The position numbers and the translations under genes were made by a program. This document shows, piece after piece, positions 63,443 through 64,000 of a stretch of 64,000 nucleotides of DNA (position 1 is its first letter; each line of letters opens with the position of its first letter). The notes under the pieces are model-generated. The model was not told where the DNA came from, made no database searches, and saw only the letters and a list, made by a program, of their open reading frames with translations. The stretch lies in contig VMGC01000005.1 of NCBI GenBank assembly GCA_007376385.1, forward strand, positions 64,001 through 128,000. The letters are read 5' to 3'. The DNA is from Parcubacteria group bacterium Gr01-1014_8 (GTDB lineage Bacteria; Patescibacteriota; Minisyncoccia; Phycocordibacterales; UBA2100).

Positions 63443-64000
63443 ATGAATCAGATCTTATTTGGGGTTATTGCATTATTTATGTTCACAATTACCGGTATAG
63501 GTATTGCGGAAGTAAAGACGCAAATGTTTACCAACGCAAACGGCGAGACTAACTCGGAGGTCATCTCTGACGACTCAGGGGCTGCGCGCGTCACATCTCA
63601 ATCGCAAGTTTCAGCAGCGGCCGCTGCCTCTCCTAAGAATAGCGGCGGGGTTTCGGCGAGTGTAGGCGTAAACGCGAAGGCCGCCACCACTGTTCCGGAA
63701 GTTTTGGCGGCGGTTGCCCGCGAGGTTGAGGGCGCACTATTTAGCGGCTGGAGCGATGACGGTGAGGACGAAAATGAGCACGAATATGGGGACGACGATG
63801 AGGACGATGAGGATAATCGCTCGTCGAATCGCACGTCTCAAACGAACACGGCTCCCGCGCCAACGCCAGCTCCTGCTCCAGCACCGACAGCATCATCGAA
63901 CACAAGTACAAACACAAGCACTTCCGTGAGCACCGTTGCGACATTTACAATGTCCGATGTTGCAGCGCACAATTCATCAGCAAGTTGCTATTCGGCAATT
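63443..64000 (+). CDS. Membrane-anchored protein with low-complexity linker and cytochrome b5-like domain start (3' end outside window)
   Basis: The open frame has no stop before the window end, so it is absent from the ORF track. TM anchor, Ala/Ser/Pro/acidic linker, then ..FTMSDVAAHNSSASCYSAI resembling the start of a cyt-b5 heme-binding domain. Confidence 0.35.
   Translation, partial: MNQILFGVIALFMFTITGIGIAEVKTQMFTNANGETNSEVISDDSGAARVTSQSQVSAAAAASPKNSGGVSASVGVNAKAATTVPEVLAAVAREVEGALFSGWSDDGEDENEHEYGDDDEDDEDNRSSNRTSQTNTAPAPTPAPAPAPTASSNTSTNTSTSVSTVATFTMSDVAAHNSSASCYSAI

Noticed and set aside
1-64000. Assignment of the window to a specific phylum (e.g. Candidate Phyla Radiation)
   Set aside because: Leaderless starts, abundant secreted hypotheticals and the archaeal-type PGI hint at an unusual lineage. 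However, the metabolic repertoire (PpsA, GlnA, Amt, Pur genes, P-type ATPase) is too broad to call from sequence alone.

Overview
This 64-kb bacterial chromosomal segment is moderately GC-rich, gene-dense on both strands, and contains no rRNA or tRNA genes that I could find.

Core genes recognisable from motifs:
- purine biosynthesis (purC, 3' part; purB)
- a TrpR-like YerC/YecD regulator
- a sensor kinase plus OmpR-type regulator next to an ABC-2 exporter operon (ATPase, unknown protein, permease)
- phosphogluco/phosphomannomutase, acylphosphatase, a PQQ-type soluble sugar dehydrogenase
- a P-type cation ATPase
- a pair of cell-surface genes (lamin-tail-domain protein; beta-helix bactofilin-like membrane protein)
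- an Orn/DAP-family PLP decarboxylase and a DedA/TVP38 membrane protein
- a sugar-utilisation cluster (cupin-type glucose-6-phosphate isomerase, GH1 beta-glucosidase, DMT-like permease, GH5-like hydrolase, ROK-type sugar kinase)
- glnA-amt preceded by a tandem hairpin repeat
- an IS200/IS605-family insertion carrying only tnpA
- an AI-2E transporter, Obg, an RluA pseudouridine synthase
- a low-GC defence island (DUF262/DUF1524 GmrSD-like type IV enzyme, Vsr, Dcm C5-methyltransferase, and a divergently transcribed unknown protein)
- rhodanese
- a second two-component pair (PAS kinase plus CheY-like receiver)
- a DUF45 metallohydrolase, a cold-shock protein, PEP synthase, a DUF1003 protein, an orphan receiver, peptidoglycan-binding secreted proteins and a VOC-family protein

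The rest is many secreted or membrane hypothetical proteins.

What the gene calls do not explain:
1. An ~470-nt GC-rich, hairpin-dense intergenic region downstream of purB that looks like a large structured RNA. I could not assign it to RNase P RNA or tmRNA.
2. A ~115-nt intergenic repeat family (3 copies) with a conserved tRNA-T-loop-like hairpin and compensatory changes.
3. A second ~60-nt hairpin repeat family (3 copies). One copy encodes the Obg C-terminus and two flank the csp gene in inverted orientation.
4. A recurrent promoter-like motif TTATCTCAYGGGG followed by a -10-like hexamer, often as inverted pairs ~80 nt apart. It frequently sits directly in front of start codons, which implies leaderless transcripts.

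The defence island and these RNA/repeat families are the best candidates for undescribed biology. All calls rest on reading the sequence; no database searches were run.
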